Shown here piece after piece: positions 40,628-50,293 of a stretch of 64,000 bases of DNA (its first letter is position 1; every line of letters begins with the position of its first letter). The stretch is taken from assembly GCA_902624455.1 (NCBI GenBank), contig CACNXQ010000001.1, forward strand, positions 77,828-141,827. Reading direction: 5' to 3'. The notes under the pieces were generated by a model. The model was given only the letters and a program-made list of their open reading frames with translations, was not told the origin of the DNA and did no database searches. A program made the translations under genes and the position numbers. This stretch comes from an uncultured Pelagibacteraceae bacterium. GTDB lineage: Bacteria; Pseudomonadota; Alphaproteobacteria; Pelagibacterales; AG-422-B15.

Positions 40628-41281
40628 ATGAATAATATAACAATTGCTATTCTTCTTAGTGATACTATTTTAATTAAAATCTTTGAAGAAATTTCTAAAA
40701 ATTTTGAGGAACAACTTGAATTTAAAATTATCAGCTACGAAGATAATATTTCCAATTTTAGCGTGATCATTACTGACACAATTAATCTAAGTAAATTAAA
40801 TAATGACTATGTAAGTGATCATCATAAAATACTGTGCATTGGAGAAAAAAATAATTTTGCAAATGATATAAATATTAAGTCTGAAATATCTTACTTGAAA
40901 GTGCCGTTTAAGTTTTCAGAATTAAAAGAGAGAGCTGAAAATCTTTTTTCGTCTATAACATTGGCTAAGAATAAAGTGAAAAAATTTAAATATTTTAATT
41001 ATGAAAACCAAAATCGACTGATACACCGTGATAATAAAAGTTTAAGATTAACTGAGAAAGAGAATGAAATTTTTAATTTTTTAATATCACAAACTAATGA
41101 ATATATCTCTCGAGAAAAACTGCTGAGCAAAATATGGAATTACAATAGAGAGATAGATACTCATACACTAGAGACTCATATGTATTCACTTAGAAAAAAA
41201 ATTGATGATAAGTTAAAATTAAAAAATCTAATTATCTATAAAGAAAAAAAAGGATATTTAATAAACAGTGATTTTATATAA
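40628..41281 (+). CDS. OmpR/PhoB-type winged-helix regulator with degenerate receiver-like N-terminal domain
   Basis: C-terminal Trans_reg_C pattern LRLTEKENEIFNFLI...ISREKLLSKIW......DTHTLETHMYSLRKKI. The N-terminal domain keeps a candidate phospho-Asp (VIITD) but lacks the acidic pair (LLSDT) and the T/S position (LCIGE). Confidence 0.7.
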   Translation: MNNITIAILLSDTILIKIFEEISKNFEEQLEFKIISYEDNISNFSVIITDTINLSKLNNDYVSDHHKILCIGEKNNFANDINIKSEISYLKVPFKFSELKERAENLFSSITLAKNKVKKFKYFNYENQNRLIHRDNKSLRLTEKENEIFNFLISQTNEYISREKLLSKIWNYNREIDTHTLETHMYSLRKKIDDKLKLKNLIIYKEKKGYLINSDFI

Positions 41282-41282
41282 T

Positions 41283-42665
41283 CTACACGTTTAGTAATAA
41301 ATGTTCTCGTTCCCATGCGCTGATAACATTTTGATATGCGTCGTGTTCAGTTTGTTTAATTTCAGTGTACAAGGTAATAAATTCTTTTCCAAGAATTTCA
41401 CTTAATTCATTGCTTACTTTAAGTCTTTTTAGAGCATCTGGTAAATATTTTGGAATATTGTGCCTTCTTTCAAATGCGTCACCTGCCACTGGTTTTTCTG
41501 GTTCAATTTTTTCCTTCAATCCCAGTAGACCACATGCAAGTGATGAAGCGATTGCTAAGTAAGGGTTGGTATCTGCGCCAGGTATTCTATTTTCAATTCT
41601 CCTAGAGTCACCTTTTGACGTAGGAATTCTGAAAGCAACCGTTCTGTTTTCAAAACCCCAATGAGTATTAATCGGAGCAGAAGCATCTATCACAAATCGT
41701 CGATAAGAATTTACATATGGTGCAAAAAACAGCATTGCATCAGGTAAGTAAGTTTGTAAGCCACCAATAAAGTGAAAAAATTCTTCTGTATTGTTGCCGT
41801 TTTCGTCACTAAATAAATTTTTGTTAGTTTTCTTAGAAATAATGTTTTGGTGTATGTGCATTGAGCTGCCTGGGTGACCCTGATAAGGTTTTGACATGAA
41901 AGTAGCATGTATCCCATGTTTTAAAGCAACTTGTCGTACAGCACGTTTAAACATAAAAGCCTGATCAGCAAGTTGCAGAGGATCCCCATGATTTAAATTA
42001 ATTTCAATCTGTGAGGGACCTGACTCGTGAATTAATGTATCGACTCCAATTTTAAGTATTTCACAATAATCATAGATATCATCTGTAAGATCATCAAATT
42101 CATTCACAGCATCGATTCCAAATACTCGACTACCTTTTTCTCTCCTTCCAGACTTTCCAATTGGAGTTTTAAGCGGAAGATCAGGATCTAAATTTTGTTC
42201 ACACAAATAAAATTCTAATTCAGGAGCAACAACCGCCTTTAATTGTTCCTCTTCTAATAAATTAATAATGTTTTTTAAAACTTGCCTTGGAGCTAGCGCA
42301 GAAGGACTACCATCTGAATAGTGAAGGTCACAGATAATTTGAGCTGTAGGTTCTTTGTTCCATGGAATCTTCCTAATGGTTGAAAGGTCAGGTTTCATAA
42401 TTAAGTCTTCCTCCACGTAATCAATCACTTCACTTTCATAAACCCATTTACCTGAAACAGTTTGACCAAAAACTGAGTCTGCAAGTTTCAGACTTTGATC
42501 TTCCATAGATTTTATGAATCTTTGTACTGGTAATATTTTACCCTTAGAAGATCCTGCAATATCGGGAAAGATGCATTCTACTTCTGTTATTTTATTCTCA
42601 TTAAGCCAATCAATGAGTTTTTTTACTGACTCACTTTGGTGATCTTTAATCTGACTAACCGTCAT
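41283..42665 (-). CDS. Glutamine synthetase family gamma-glutamyl-amine ligase (PuuA/GmaS-like)
   Basis: PELEFYL, GSSMHIHQNI, NRTVAFRIP, RIENRIPGADTNPYL. 460 aa, with no adenylylation-loop context. Confidence 0.85.
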   Translation of the reverse strand: MTVSQIKDHQSESVKKLIDWLNENKITEVECIFPDIAGSSKGKILPVQRFIKSMEDQSLKLADSVFGQTVSGKWVYESEVIDYVEEDLIMKPDLSTIRKIPWNKEPTAQIICDLHYSDGSPSALAPRQVLKNIINLLEEEQLKAVVAPELEFYLCEQNLDPDLPLKTPIGKSGRREKGSRVFGIDAVNEFDDLTDDIYDYCEILKIGVDTLIHESGPSQIEINLNHGDPLQLADQAFMFKRAVRQVALKHGIHATFMSKPYQGHPGSSMHIHQNIISKKTNKNLFSDENGNNTEEFFHFIGGLQTYLPDAMLFFAPYVNSYRRFVIDASAPINTHWGFENRTVAFRIPTSKGDSRRIENRIPGADTNPYLAIASSLACGLLGLKEKIEPEKPVAGDAFERRHNIPKYLPDALKRLKVSNELSEILGKEFITLYTEIKQTEHDAYQNVISAWEREHLLLNV

Positions 42666-42679
42666 TCTGAATATATATG

Positions 42680-43264
42680 CTAATTATTTTTGTATATAAC
42701 TTTGTAAGTTTCTGGGCTTATAGATATATTTTTTTTTATTTTTGTAAACTCTAAAACGGTTGATTGATCAAATTCATCAATAATTTCCCACTTTTCCAAA
42801 TCTAAACTATCTTTTTTAAATGAAAATATGGCTACACCTTTTTGATTAAGATCACTTATGTAAATATCATACAGATTATTGTTTTCATTTATTTTGATGT
42901 TAGTTTCCATATTTTGAAAATCGATTTTATTTACAAGCAAATTTTTTATGGGAGAGTTTAAAATAGGGTAGCTATCAATTCTAAACCCTTCTTTATCTAA
43001 GAGCACAATTAAAGTCTCTGTGGTAATAATTGATTCATTATTATTTTCATAAATAAATTTTGACTTAAACGGTTTACTTAAAAAAAATTTACCATAACTC
43101 ATTGTTTCATCACTATTGTATTGAATAAAATTTCCTGACATTGTCTTAATTTTATTCCAGCTATCTTCAATTGTATTTAAAAGGAATTTCTCATCAAACG
43201 CACTTACAGTAAATGCAGAAAAAAATTTAATAACAATAATCAGTATTAACACTTTGATTGACAT
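42680..43264 (-). CDS. lolA: LolA-like outer-membrane lipoprotein carrier (probable)
   Basis: Signal peptide, 194 aa, and the conserved position immediately downstream of ftsK. Sequence is divergent. Confidence 0.5.
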   Translation of the reverse strand: MSIKVLILIIVIKFFSAFTVSAFDEKFLLNTIEDSWNKIKTMSGNFIQYNSDETMSYGKFFLSKPFKSKFIYENNNESIITTETLIVLLDKEGFRIDSYPILNSPIKNLLVNKIDFQNMETNIKINENNNLYDIYISDLNQKGVAIFSFKKDSLDLEKWEIIDEFDQSTVLEFTKIKKNISISPETYKVIYKNN

Positions 43265-45531
43265 TAATTCATTTTATCAAAGTTAATTTCTCTTTTACCA
43301 ACATGATTAGCTGTACTAATGTAATCATTCTCTTCTAACTGATCCATAATTCGAGCAGCACGGTTGTAACCAATTTGTAATTTTCTTTGCAACAAGCTCG
43401 TAGAAGCTTTACCTTCTTTTTTAATAATTTCTATTGATTGTTTAAACAAAGCATCCTTATCATCATCATTTAGTACGCTGTTCTCTAATTCATTTTCTGT
43501 CTCATCCTTTGTAATTTCTTCATCAAACTCAGGAAGACCTTGTTTCTGAAGTGATTTAACAATTTTTTCTATTTCACTGTCAGAAATAAATGGTCCATGA
43601 ATTCTCGTTGTTCTCCCTCCAGCCGTCATCATCAACATGTCACCTTTTCCAAGCAATCTCTCCGCACCTTCATCACCAAGTATAGTTCTGCTGTCAAATT
43701 TTGAACTAACTTGAAAACTAATTCTGCTTGGAAAATTAGCTTTTATTGTTCCAGTAATAACATCAACACTTGGCCTTTGAGTTGCCATGATTAAATGTAT
43801 ACCAGCGGCCCTTGCCATCTGAGATAATCTCTGAATGGCATGTTCAATCTCTTTACCTGCAACCATCATCAGGTCAGCCATTTCGTCAACGACCACAACG
43901 ATAAAAGGCATTTTTTTTGTTTCTATTTCAACTTCTTTTGTTATTGGCTGACCAGTTTCAGGGTCAATACCAGCAGGAATTGATCTTTTGATTGTCTCGG
44001 ATCTTGAACCAGCTTCAAAAATTCTTGAATTGTAATTTTCTATGTTTCTTACCCCGAGAAGTGACATTTTTTGGTATCTAGACTCCATTTCTCTAACAAC
44101 CCATTTTAGTGCAGTTATCGCTTTTTTTGGATCAGTGACCACAGGTGTAATTAAATGAGGAACCCCTTCGTATACTGATAACTCAAGCATTTTAGGGTCG
44201 ATTAAAATAAACTTACAGTCTTCTGGTGAATGCTTAAATAAAATTGATGTAATCATAACATTGATGCCAACAGACTTTCCTGATCCTGTTGTACCCGCGA
44301 TAAGCAAGTGAGGCATATCTTCTAAATTTGCAAAAATAGCTTTACCGTTAATATCTTTTCCAAGTGCTAATATGAGACTCTTTTCGTTTTGAATAAATTT
44401 TTCGTGAAGAAATAGTTCACTTAAATAAACAGGTTGTTTTTTGTCATTAGGTATTTCAATCCCTACAACATTTCTGCCAGGAATAATTGCTACTCTCGCT
44501 GACATCGCACTCATATTTCTTGCTATGTCGTCAGACAAAGAAATGATCTTTGAAGCCTTAATTCCAGGCGCAGGCTGAAGCTCATACATTGTTACTATAG
44601 GACCAGGGGATATATTTATGATGTCACCTTCTATTTTAAAATCTGCTAGTACTTTTTTTAAAATTTCAGAATTAGCATTGAGTTCCTGTTCACTTATAAG
44701 AGGTGCAATATTTCTGTCTGGCTGTGAAAGAAAATCTACCGACGGTGATTTGTACTCATTATCATTATCTAGATCAATCTCTTTTTGTAATGGAGCCGTA
44801 ATTTCATCGACATTAGTTCGGCCAAAATTACTTACAGGTTCATTCTTAATGTTTTCAAAATCTATCTTAGGTTCTATTAATTCTTGTTTCTGATTAATTG
44901 AGTTAGATTTTGAATTAGAAAATTTTTTTAAAACTAAATTAAATAGAGACATGAATAGATAAATTATTTTGAGTAAGATCTGGCCAGTTACTTGGATAGT
45001 CAAAAACCAATCTTTTTTTGAAAGGCCCATAGAGAAAAATAATAAAGTTAATGTAAAGAATAATACTGATATCAATAACAAAATATAATTTAAATTTGTT
45101 GATAGTAATCCGAAGTCAAGAAGAGAGATCATTATTTCATTGGAAATAAAACCGTTTACCGACGATATATTTAAAAGATTTATAAACAAAGATATTGAAG
45201 TTAAAAAGAAAGGTAGCAAAAAAGTATGTAAAGCGATTAATGGCAAGTATTTATGAAAAATAAGTTTGTAAGACCATGATAAAAGCACAACAGTTAAAAT
45301 AAAACTTGAGTATCCAAATAGTTGAACGAGCAAGTCTGATATATTGGCACCAATTCTACCCCCAAGATTTGAAACCTCAGAGCTCGTTAAATTATTAATG
45401 CTTGGATCTAATGGAGAAAAGCTTAATAAAGACAAAAAAATGAAACAACTTAGAAATAATATTAATATTCCAGACAATTCTAATAAACGATTAGTAATAA
45501 AATTCTGATAGGATTCTGGTAGCAGTTTCAT
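43264..45531 (-). CDS. ftsK: DNA translocase FtsK
   Basis: N-terminal polytopic membrane domain, Walker A GTTGSGKSVGIN, Walker B VVVVDEMADLMM, C-terminal gamma domain LLQRKLQIGYNRAARIMDQLE. Confidence 0.96.
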   Translation of the reverse strand: MKLLPESYQNFITNRLLELSGILILFLSCFIFLSLLSFSPLDPSINNLTSSEVSNLGGRIGANISDLLVQLFGYSSFILTVVLLSWSYKLIFHKYLPLIALHTFLLPFFLTSISLFINLLNISSVNGFISNEIMISLLDFGLLSTNLNYILLLISVLFFTLTLLFFSMGLSKKDWFLTIQVTGQILLKIIYLFMSLFNLVLKKFSNSKSNSINQKQELIEPKIDFENIKNEPVSNFGRTNVDEITAPLQKEIDLDNDNEYKSPSVDFLSQPDRNIAPLISEQELNANSEILKKVLADFKIEGDIINISPGPIVTMYELQPAPGIKASKIISLSDDIARNMSAMSARVAIIPGRNVVGIEIPNDKKQPVYLSELFLHEKFIQNEKSLILALGKDINGKAIFANLEDMPHLLIAGTTGSGKSVGINVMITSILFKHSPEDCKFILIDPKMLELSVYEGVPHLITPVVTDPKKAITALKWVVREMESRYQKMSLLGVRNIENYNSRIFEAGSRSETIKRSIPAGIDPETGQPITKEVEIETKKMPFIVVVVDEMADLMMVAGKEIEHAIQRLSQMARAAGIHLIMATQRPSVDVITGTIKANFPSRISFQVSSKFDSRTILGDEGAERLLGKGDMLMMTAGGRTTRIHGPFISDSEIEKIVKSLQKQGLPEFDEEITKDETENELENSVLNDDDKDALFKQSIEIIKKEGKASTSLLQRKLQIGYNRAARIMDQLEENDYISTANHVGKREINFDKMN

Positions 45532-45638
45532 TCTATTTATATGTAAGCTGTTTTAGATGTAATTTTTTGTAAATGATTCATAATTTCATTATATAACCTA
45601 TAGATAAATTTACTGATAAAATTATATAACATTAAGTA

Positions 45639-46799
45639 ATGACACACGATTTCATCATATATGGTAACGGACTTTCCTCTAAGTTGTTGGCTTTAGCGCT
45701 GTCTAAAAATAATTTTAAATCATTAATAATTGCTGAACAAAAACCAAAAACTAAAGAATCTAATCTCGTAACCTTTCTCTCTGAGGGTTCCTTAAAGTAT
45801 ATTTCTAACGTTCTTGATATAGAGAACATCTTTCCTGAAAGTGAGCATATTGAAAAGTTATACTGTGAACATTGGGTCTCAAAAAAAGAAACAAAACTAG
45901 AATTTGAAAATCCTAATAAATTTACGCTTGGTAAAATTGTTCCAAATGTAAAAATAGATGAAATTTTTAATAATAAAATATTAAGTAATTCGAAACATAT
46001 TCATATATCCGATCATTGTGAAATAACTCCTAAAATTGATGACAATAAAATTACAATTACTGATAAGTCAGGTGAGAAAAAATCAGCAGCCCTTTTGTTT
46101 TACTCCAGCTCTAATCGGGAGCATGATTTATTAAATAGTTTTGAATTCGTTGAAAAAAAATTGAATCAAGTTGCAATTTCAGCTTCTGTTAATGTTAATA
46201 GGAAACAGCATAATGTGGCTTACCAATTGTTCACACAAGACGGTCCCGTTGCACTGTTACCAGTTAAAGGTAATGATGCATCAGTGGTTTGGTCATTAGA
46301 AAAAAATTCTACTATATTAAAGCTCCAACAAACTGATTTAGAAAGTCAATTAAATGAATTATTCGAAAAGCATGTCAGTAAATTGAAAATAAAAAATATT
46401 CAAAATCAAAAACTGAGTTTTTCATATGCAAAAAACATTTATCAAGATAAAATTGTTCTAATTGGAAATGTCGCTCACAATATACACCCGATTGCAGGTC
46501 AAGGTTTTAATTTAACCGTAAAAGATATTTCAAAAATTGTTTATTACATAACAAAGTATCATTCTCTCGGACTAGATTTTAATAGCAATCAAGTTCTAGA
46601 GAGTTTCAGCAACAGTAGAAAATATGATAACTTTGCATTTTCATTCGGTACTCTTGCAATGGAAAATATTTTTTCAAACGAAAATAATATCATTCGTAAT
46701 TTTACATCTAAAGGTTTAAGATTCATAAACAAAAGCAAAAAACTTAAAAAATTTTTTATAGAGAAGGCTACAGGAAGAACAAATTTTAAAAATTACTAA
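45639..46799 (+). CDS. UbiH/Coq6-type FAD-dependent monooxygenase homologue
   Basis: GNVAHNIHPIAGQGFNLTVKD matches the UbiH-type motif. The N-terminal dinucleotide motif is degenerate (IIYGNGLSS). Confidence 0.7.
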   Translation: MTHDFIIYGNGLSSKLLALALSKNNFKSLIIAEQKPKTKESNLVTFLSEGSLKYISNVLDIENIFPESEHIEKLYCEHWVSKKETKLEFENPNKFTLGKIVPNVKIDEIFNNKILSNSKHIHISDHCEITPKIDDNKITITDKSGEKKSAALLFYSSSNREHDLLNSFEFVEKKLNQVAISASVNVNRKQHNVAYQLFTQDGPVALLPVKGNDASVVWSLEKNSTILKLQQTDLESQLNELFEKHVSKLKIKNIQNQKLSFSYAKNIYQDKIVLIGNVAHNIHPIAGQGFNLTVKDISKIVYYITKYHSLGLDFNSNQVLESFSNSRKYDNFAFSFGTLAMENIFSNENNIIRNFTSKGLRFINKSKKLKKFFIEKATGRTNFKNY

Positions 46800-47506
46800 T
46801 GTATACGGTCGCTTTTTTCACCTGACAAATCAAATATATAAGATTGAAATAAAGCTTCTAAGGCTGAACATCGTGTAATTAAGTCTTTTGACTCTAAAAG
46901 CAACTGCTTTTCCTCTGGAGAAAATGGAACTAGTACACCAGAATAGTTAATAATTTGTTTTGTAGGAGTTTGTTGAATGATTTCCCAATCTGCTAATATT
47001 TTTCTATGTTCTAAATATTTTTTAACAAGAGCTAGAAGTTTATTTCTATCAATGTTTTCTAAATTCATATTTTCAAGATCAGTTTCAAAGCTTTCATATT
47101 TTGCGATTACTTGTCTGTAGGAAGTGGTCGTGTCCAACTCTTCCTCGATTTCAAATCTACAGACACCTGTTAGGGTTATCAAATAGCGACTGTCTTCTGC
47201 TTCATTAAAAGATGAAATTCGGCCTACGCAGCCAACCTTTTTTAGATTACCCACACCCTTTGTTTCAGAAGATGATGGTTGGATCATGCCTATCAATCTG
47301 TTAGGCGATGCAAGAGCTGAGTCAACCATTTGAATATAGCGAGGTTCAAAAATATTCAGAGGTAACTGTGTATCTGGGAACAATACAGCACCTGTGAGTG
47401 GAAATATCGGAATTTTCTTTGGTATTTCTTGTATTGTCTTAAATTTCATTAGTATTGTTGTGATATTTTTATTATATTTTAGATTAAATAGTCTGAAAAT
47501 CTTCAA
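46796..47506 (-). CDS. LON N-terminal (substrate-binding) domain protein
   Basis: IPIFPLTGAVLFPDTQLPLNIFEPRYIQMV. An alternative start is MKFKTIQ at 47449. Confidence 0.8.
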   Translation of the reverse strand: MKIFRLFNLKYNKNITTILMKFKTIQEIPKKIPIFPLTGAVLFPDTQLPLNIFEPRYIQMVDSALASPNRLIGMIQPSSSETKGVGNLKKVGCVGRISSFNEAEDSRYLITLTGVCRFEIEEELDTTTSYRQVIAKYESFETDLENMNLENIDRNKLLALVKKYLEHRKILADWEIIQQTPTKQIINYSGVLVPFSPEEKQLLLESKDLITRCSALEALFQSYIFDLSGEKSDRIH

Positions 47507-47541
47507 TTACAACCCTATTTAATGTATAAAACACAAATTGT

Positions 47542-47616
47542 GCGAGTGTAGCTCAGTGGTAGAGCGAAACGTTGCCAACGTTTAGGTCGAGGGTTCGACT
47601 CCCTTCACTCGCTCCA
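47542..47616 (+). tRNA. tRNA-Gly (anticodon GCC), CCA encoded
   Basis: Cloverleaf by hand: acceptor GCGAGTG/CACTCGC, D arm GCTC-AGTGGTA-GAGC, anticodon arm AAACG-TTGCCAA-CGTTT, T arm GAGGG-TTCGACT-CCCTT, discriminator T, then CCA. Confidence 0.95.
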
Positions 47617-47624
47617 TTTCCTTT

Positions 47625-48386
47625 ATGAGAATTTTAGGTCATAAAAAAATTGAATTTTTCATCAAAAATTTGCTTCTATCTGAGAGCTATTTGTTAAAAA
47701 AAAGAGCAGTAAGATTCTACAAAAAACAAACTGAAAAAGAAATTCGTTACTTACCGAGTCTTGCAGACAGAAGATTAGGCTCTATCGATATAGGTGTGTA
47801 TAGAGGAGTTTATTCTTATTATTTATCTAAGGAGTCAAAGTACGTTTATGCTTTTGAAGCAAATCCGTTATTAATTAAAAAACTAAAAAAAGGCTTTCAA
47901 AATTATAAAAATATTAGAATTGAAAATTTAGCTGTTTCTTCTAATCAAGGCGTTGCTAATCTAAAAATACCGTTTCGAAATCAAAATATTGATTACACTG
48001 ATCATGAAGAGCTTTATCAGTTAGGTACAGCCACAATTCATGAAAAAAACAATTTAGCAAATATTAAATTTCAATCATATGAAATTAAAAAAATAAATTT
48101 AGACTCTTATTCGTTTGATCATAAGATTGGCTTTATAAAAATTGACGTTGAGGGCCATGAACTTGACATCATTTATGGTGCAAGAAATTTAATATTAAAA
48201 GATAAACCAAATTTGATGATTGAAATCGAAGAGAAACACACTGGGGTTCCTAATATTGAAACTATCAATCAAATAAAAGAATTTGGTTATGAATGTTTCT
48301 CATTAAATGACAATCATGAACTTATGGTTGTAAATCAACAAAATATAAAAAACATTTCGAATAATAATTTCATATTTAAGAAGTAA
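47625..48386 (+). CDS. FkbM-family methyltransferase (second copy in window)
   Basis: IDIGVYRGV, FIKIDVEGHELDIIYGA and KPNLMIEIEE are collinear with the FkbM motifs of the 6871..7608 protein. Confidence 0.65.
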   Translation: MRILGHKKIEFFIKNLLLSESYLLKKRAVRFYKKQTEKEIRYLPSLADRRLGSIDIGVYRGVYSYYLSKESKYVYAFEANPLLIKKLKKGFQNYKNIRIENLAVSSNQGVANLKIPFRNQNIDYTDHEELYQLGTATIHEKNNLANIKFQSYEIKKINLDSYSFDHKIGFIKIDVEGHELDIIYGARNLILKDKPNLMIEIEEKHTGVPNIETINQIKEFGYECFSLNDNHELMVVNQQNIKNISNNNFIFKK

Positions 48387-48431
48387 ATATTCACATACAT
48401 TTGTCTTACTATCGTATAAGATTTGATTCAT

Positions 48432-49787
48432 ATGAGAGCATCCAGATTAGGTCGTTATTCTTGGACTATGTTTGATTGGGCAAACCAACCCTTTTACACA
48501 TTGATCATGACATTTGTCTTTTCTGTTTACTTTACAGATGTGTTTATTGCAGGTGAAGATGGTGCACAAAAATTGACACTCACTCAAACAATTTCTGGGT
48601 TAGCAATTGCTCTTCTTAGTCCAGTTCTTGGATCTATTACTGATATAAAAGGGAGTCGAAAATTATTAATGGGTATAACATCTGCATTGTTTGTGCTTGG
48701 TATGGCATTGCTTTGGTATTCCCCTCCTGGCGCCCCAGATGGTATTTGGCTTGTAATGTTTGGATTAATTCTTGCATCCGCCATGGTTGGATTTTCCGAG
48801 GTATTTAATAACTCAGTTTTATCCACTATCGAAACTCCCGAGAATTCTGGTTGGTTAAGTGGCATGGGTTATGGCGTTGGTTACATAGCTGGTCTCATTG
48901 CATTGATTTTATTTTTAATCATATTTGTATGGCCGGGCGGTGAAACAGAGAACTTATATGGTTTGAATACGAATGAGTACGAACACATAAGGATTGTCGG
49001 TCCTTTATGTGCGATATGGTACGCGGTGTTTATCATTCCTTTGTTTTTATTTACACCAGATTCTAAAAAAAATGATGTTTCAGTCATTAACTCAATAAAG
49101 ATCGGGCTATCTAATTTTATCAATACATTTAAAGAAGCAAGAAAGTATAAAAATATTTTCACATTCTTAATTACTAGAATGTTTTATCAAGATGCTTTGA
49201 ACGCATTATTTGTTGTAGGTGGTGTATACGCAAGTCTTGTTGTTGGAATGTCTCTTACCCAAGTTTTAATACTAGGTATCATTTTAAATGTCTTGTCGGG
49301 ACCTAGTTCAATTTATGGTGGTTATTTAAATGATCTTATAGGTTCTAAAAATGTAATAAATTTATCTTTATGGGGACTATTAGTTTCAGGGGTTCTAGGA
49401 CTATCAATTGATAAAGATACTATATTTTATTTTTTTTCAGTAAATGAATACTCGGCCGGTGTTGAAGAATTGACATTTGGAATATTTAATTCTGTAAGTC
49501 AGGTTACTTATATTTGTGTAGTTATTGGCATTTCAATTTTTTATGGTCCTGCACAAACAGCTTCACGAGCATTGATGGTGAAGTTGTCCCCTCAAGAAAA
49601 GATGACTGAGTTCTTTGGGCTTTATGCATTTGCTGGAAAGTCAACTGCCTGGTTGGTTCCAGGTCTTATGTCCTTGATTCTTGCTTTTACAGGAAGTCTA
49701 CAGTACGCAATGGTTTCAATTGTTGCATTTAATTTAATTGGAATCATTGGAATGTATTTTGTTTATGATGAGTCCAGCGTTAAATGA
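48432..49787 (+). CDS. MFS transporter, UMF1/Atg22-like family
   Basis: N-terminal YSWTMFDWANQPFYTLIMTFVFSVYF pattern and about 12 hydrophobic segments. The ORF is open from a TTG at 48423. Confidence 0.72.
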   Translation: MRASRLGRYSWTMFDWANQPFYTLIMTFVFSVYFTDVFIAGEDGAQKLTLTQTISGLAIALLSPVLGSITDIKGSRKLLMGITSALFVLGMALLWYSPPGAPDGIWLVMFGLILASAMVGFSEVFNNSVLSTIETPENSGWLSGMGYGVGYIAGLIALILFLIIFVWPGGETENLYGLNTNEYEHIRIVGPLCAIWYAVFIIPLFLFTPDSKKNDVSVINSIKIGLSNFINTFKEARKYKNIFTFLITRMFYQDALNALFVVGGVYASLVVGMSLTQVLILGIILNVLSGPSSIYGGYLNDLIGSKNVINLSLWGLLVSGVLGLSIDKDTIFYFFSVNEYSAGVEELTFGIFNSVSQVTYICVVIGISIFYGPAQTASRALMVKLSPQEKMTEFFGLYAFAGKSTAWLVPGLMSLILAFTGSLQYAMVSIVAFNLIGIIGMYFVYDESSVK

Positions 49788-50293
49788 TAAATTTGAATTC
49801 ACTGACTCAATATCTTTCTCAAACCAAAGTTTTAATTTTCTTAACCATTATGTTCTTTGTTAATTTAGCCTGGTTTCAGACATTGCCTTTTGATACCAAA
49901 CTTTATATGTTGGATACGTATTTTTCTTTTAATCTCGAAGATGTAGCTAGAATAATTGAAGCAATTGGCGACAGCGGTCGTTCATCCTATATCACAGCAA
50001 TGTATACAATAGATTTAGCGTTCCCAATTATTTACACATGTCTTTCATTAGGTGTGTTGCACAAATTGACTACATCAGAATTACTCTATTTATTACCTAT
50101 TGCACTTTTCACCGCCGATATTGTTCAAAATATTCAAACTGCAATCATTATGGCTCACTCGTCAGTAAGTGATATCTCGAGTGGTCAAATTGTTTTAGCA
50201 AGCTTTACAAATCAATTAAAATGGTCACTTGCCTTTTTAATGATATCAATAATTATTATTTTAACTCTAAAAAATTTAATTTTTAAACGTTGA
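49784..50293 (+). CDS. Uncharacterised membrane protein (about 4 TM)
   Basis: Start overlaps the MFS stop (ATGA). Four hydrophobic segments. No motif I recognise. Confidence 0.5.
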   Translation: MINLNSLTQYLSQTKVLIFLTIMFFVNLAWFQTLPFDTKLYMLDTYFSFNLEDVARIIEAIGDSGRSSYITAMYTIDLAFPIIYTCLSLGVLHKLTTSELLYLLPIALFTADIVQNIQTAIIMAHSSVSDISSGQIVLASFTNQLKWSLAFLMISIIIILTLKNLIFKR

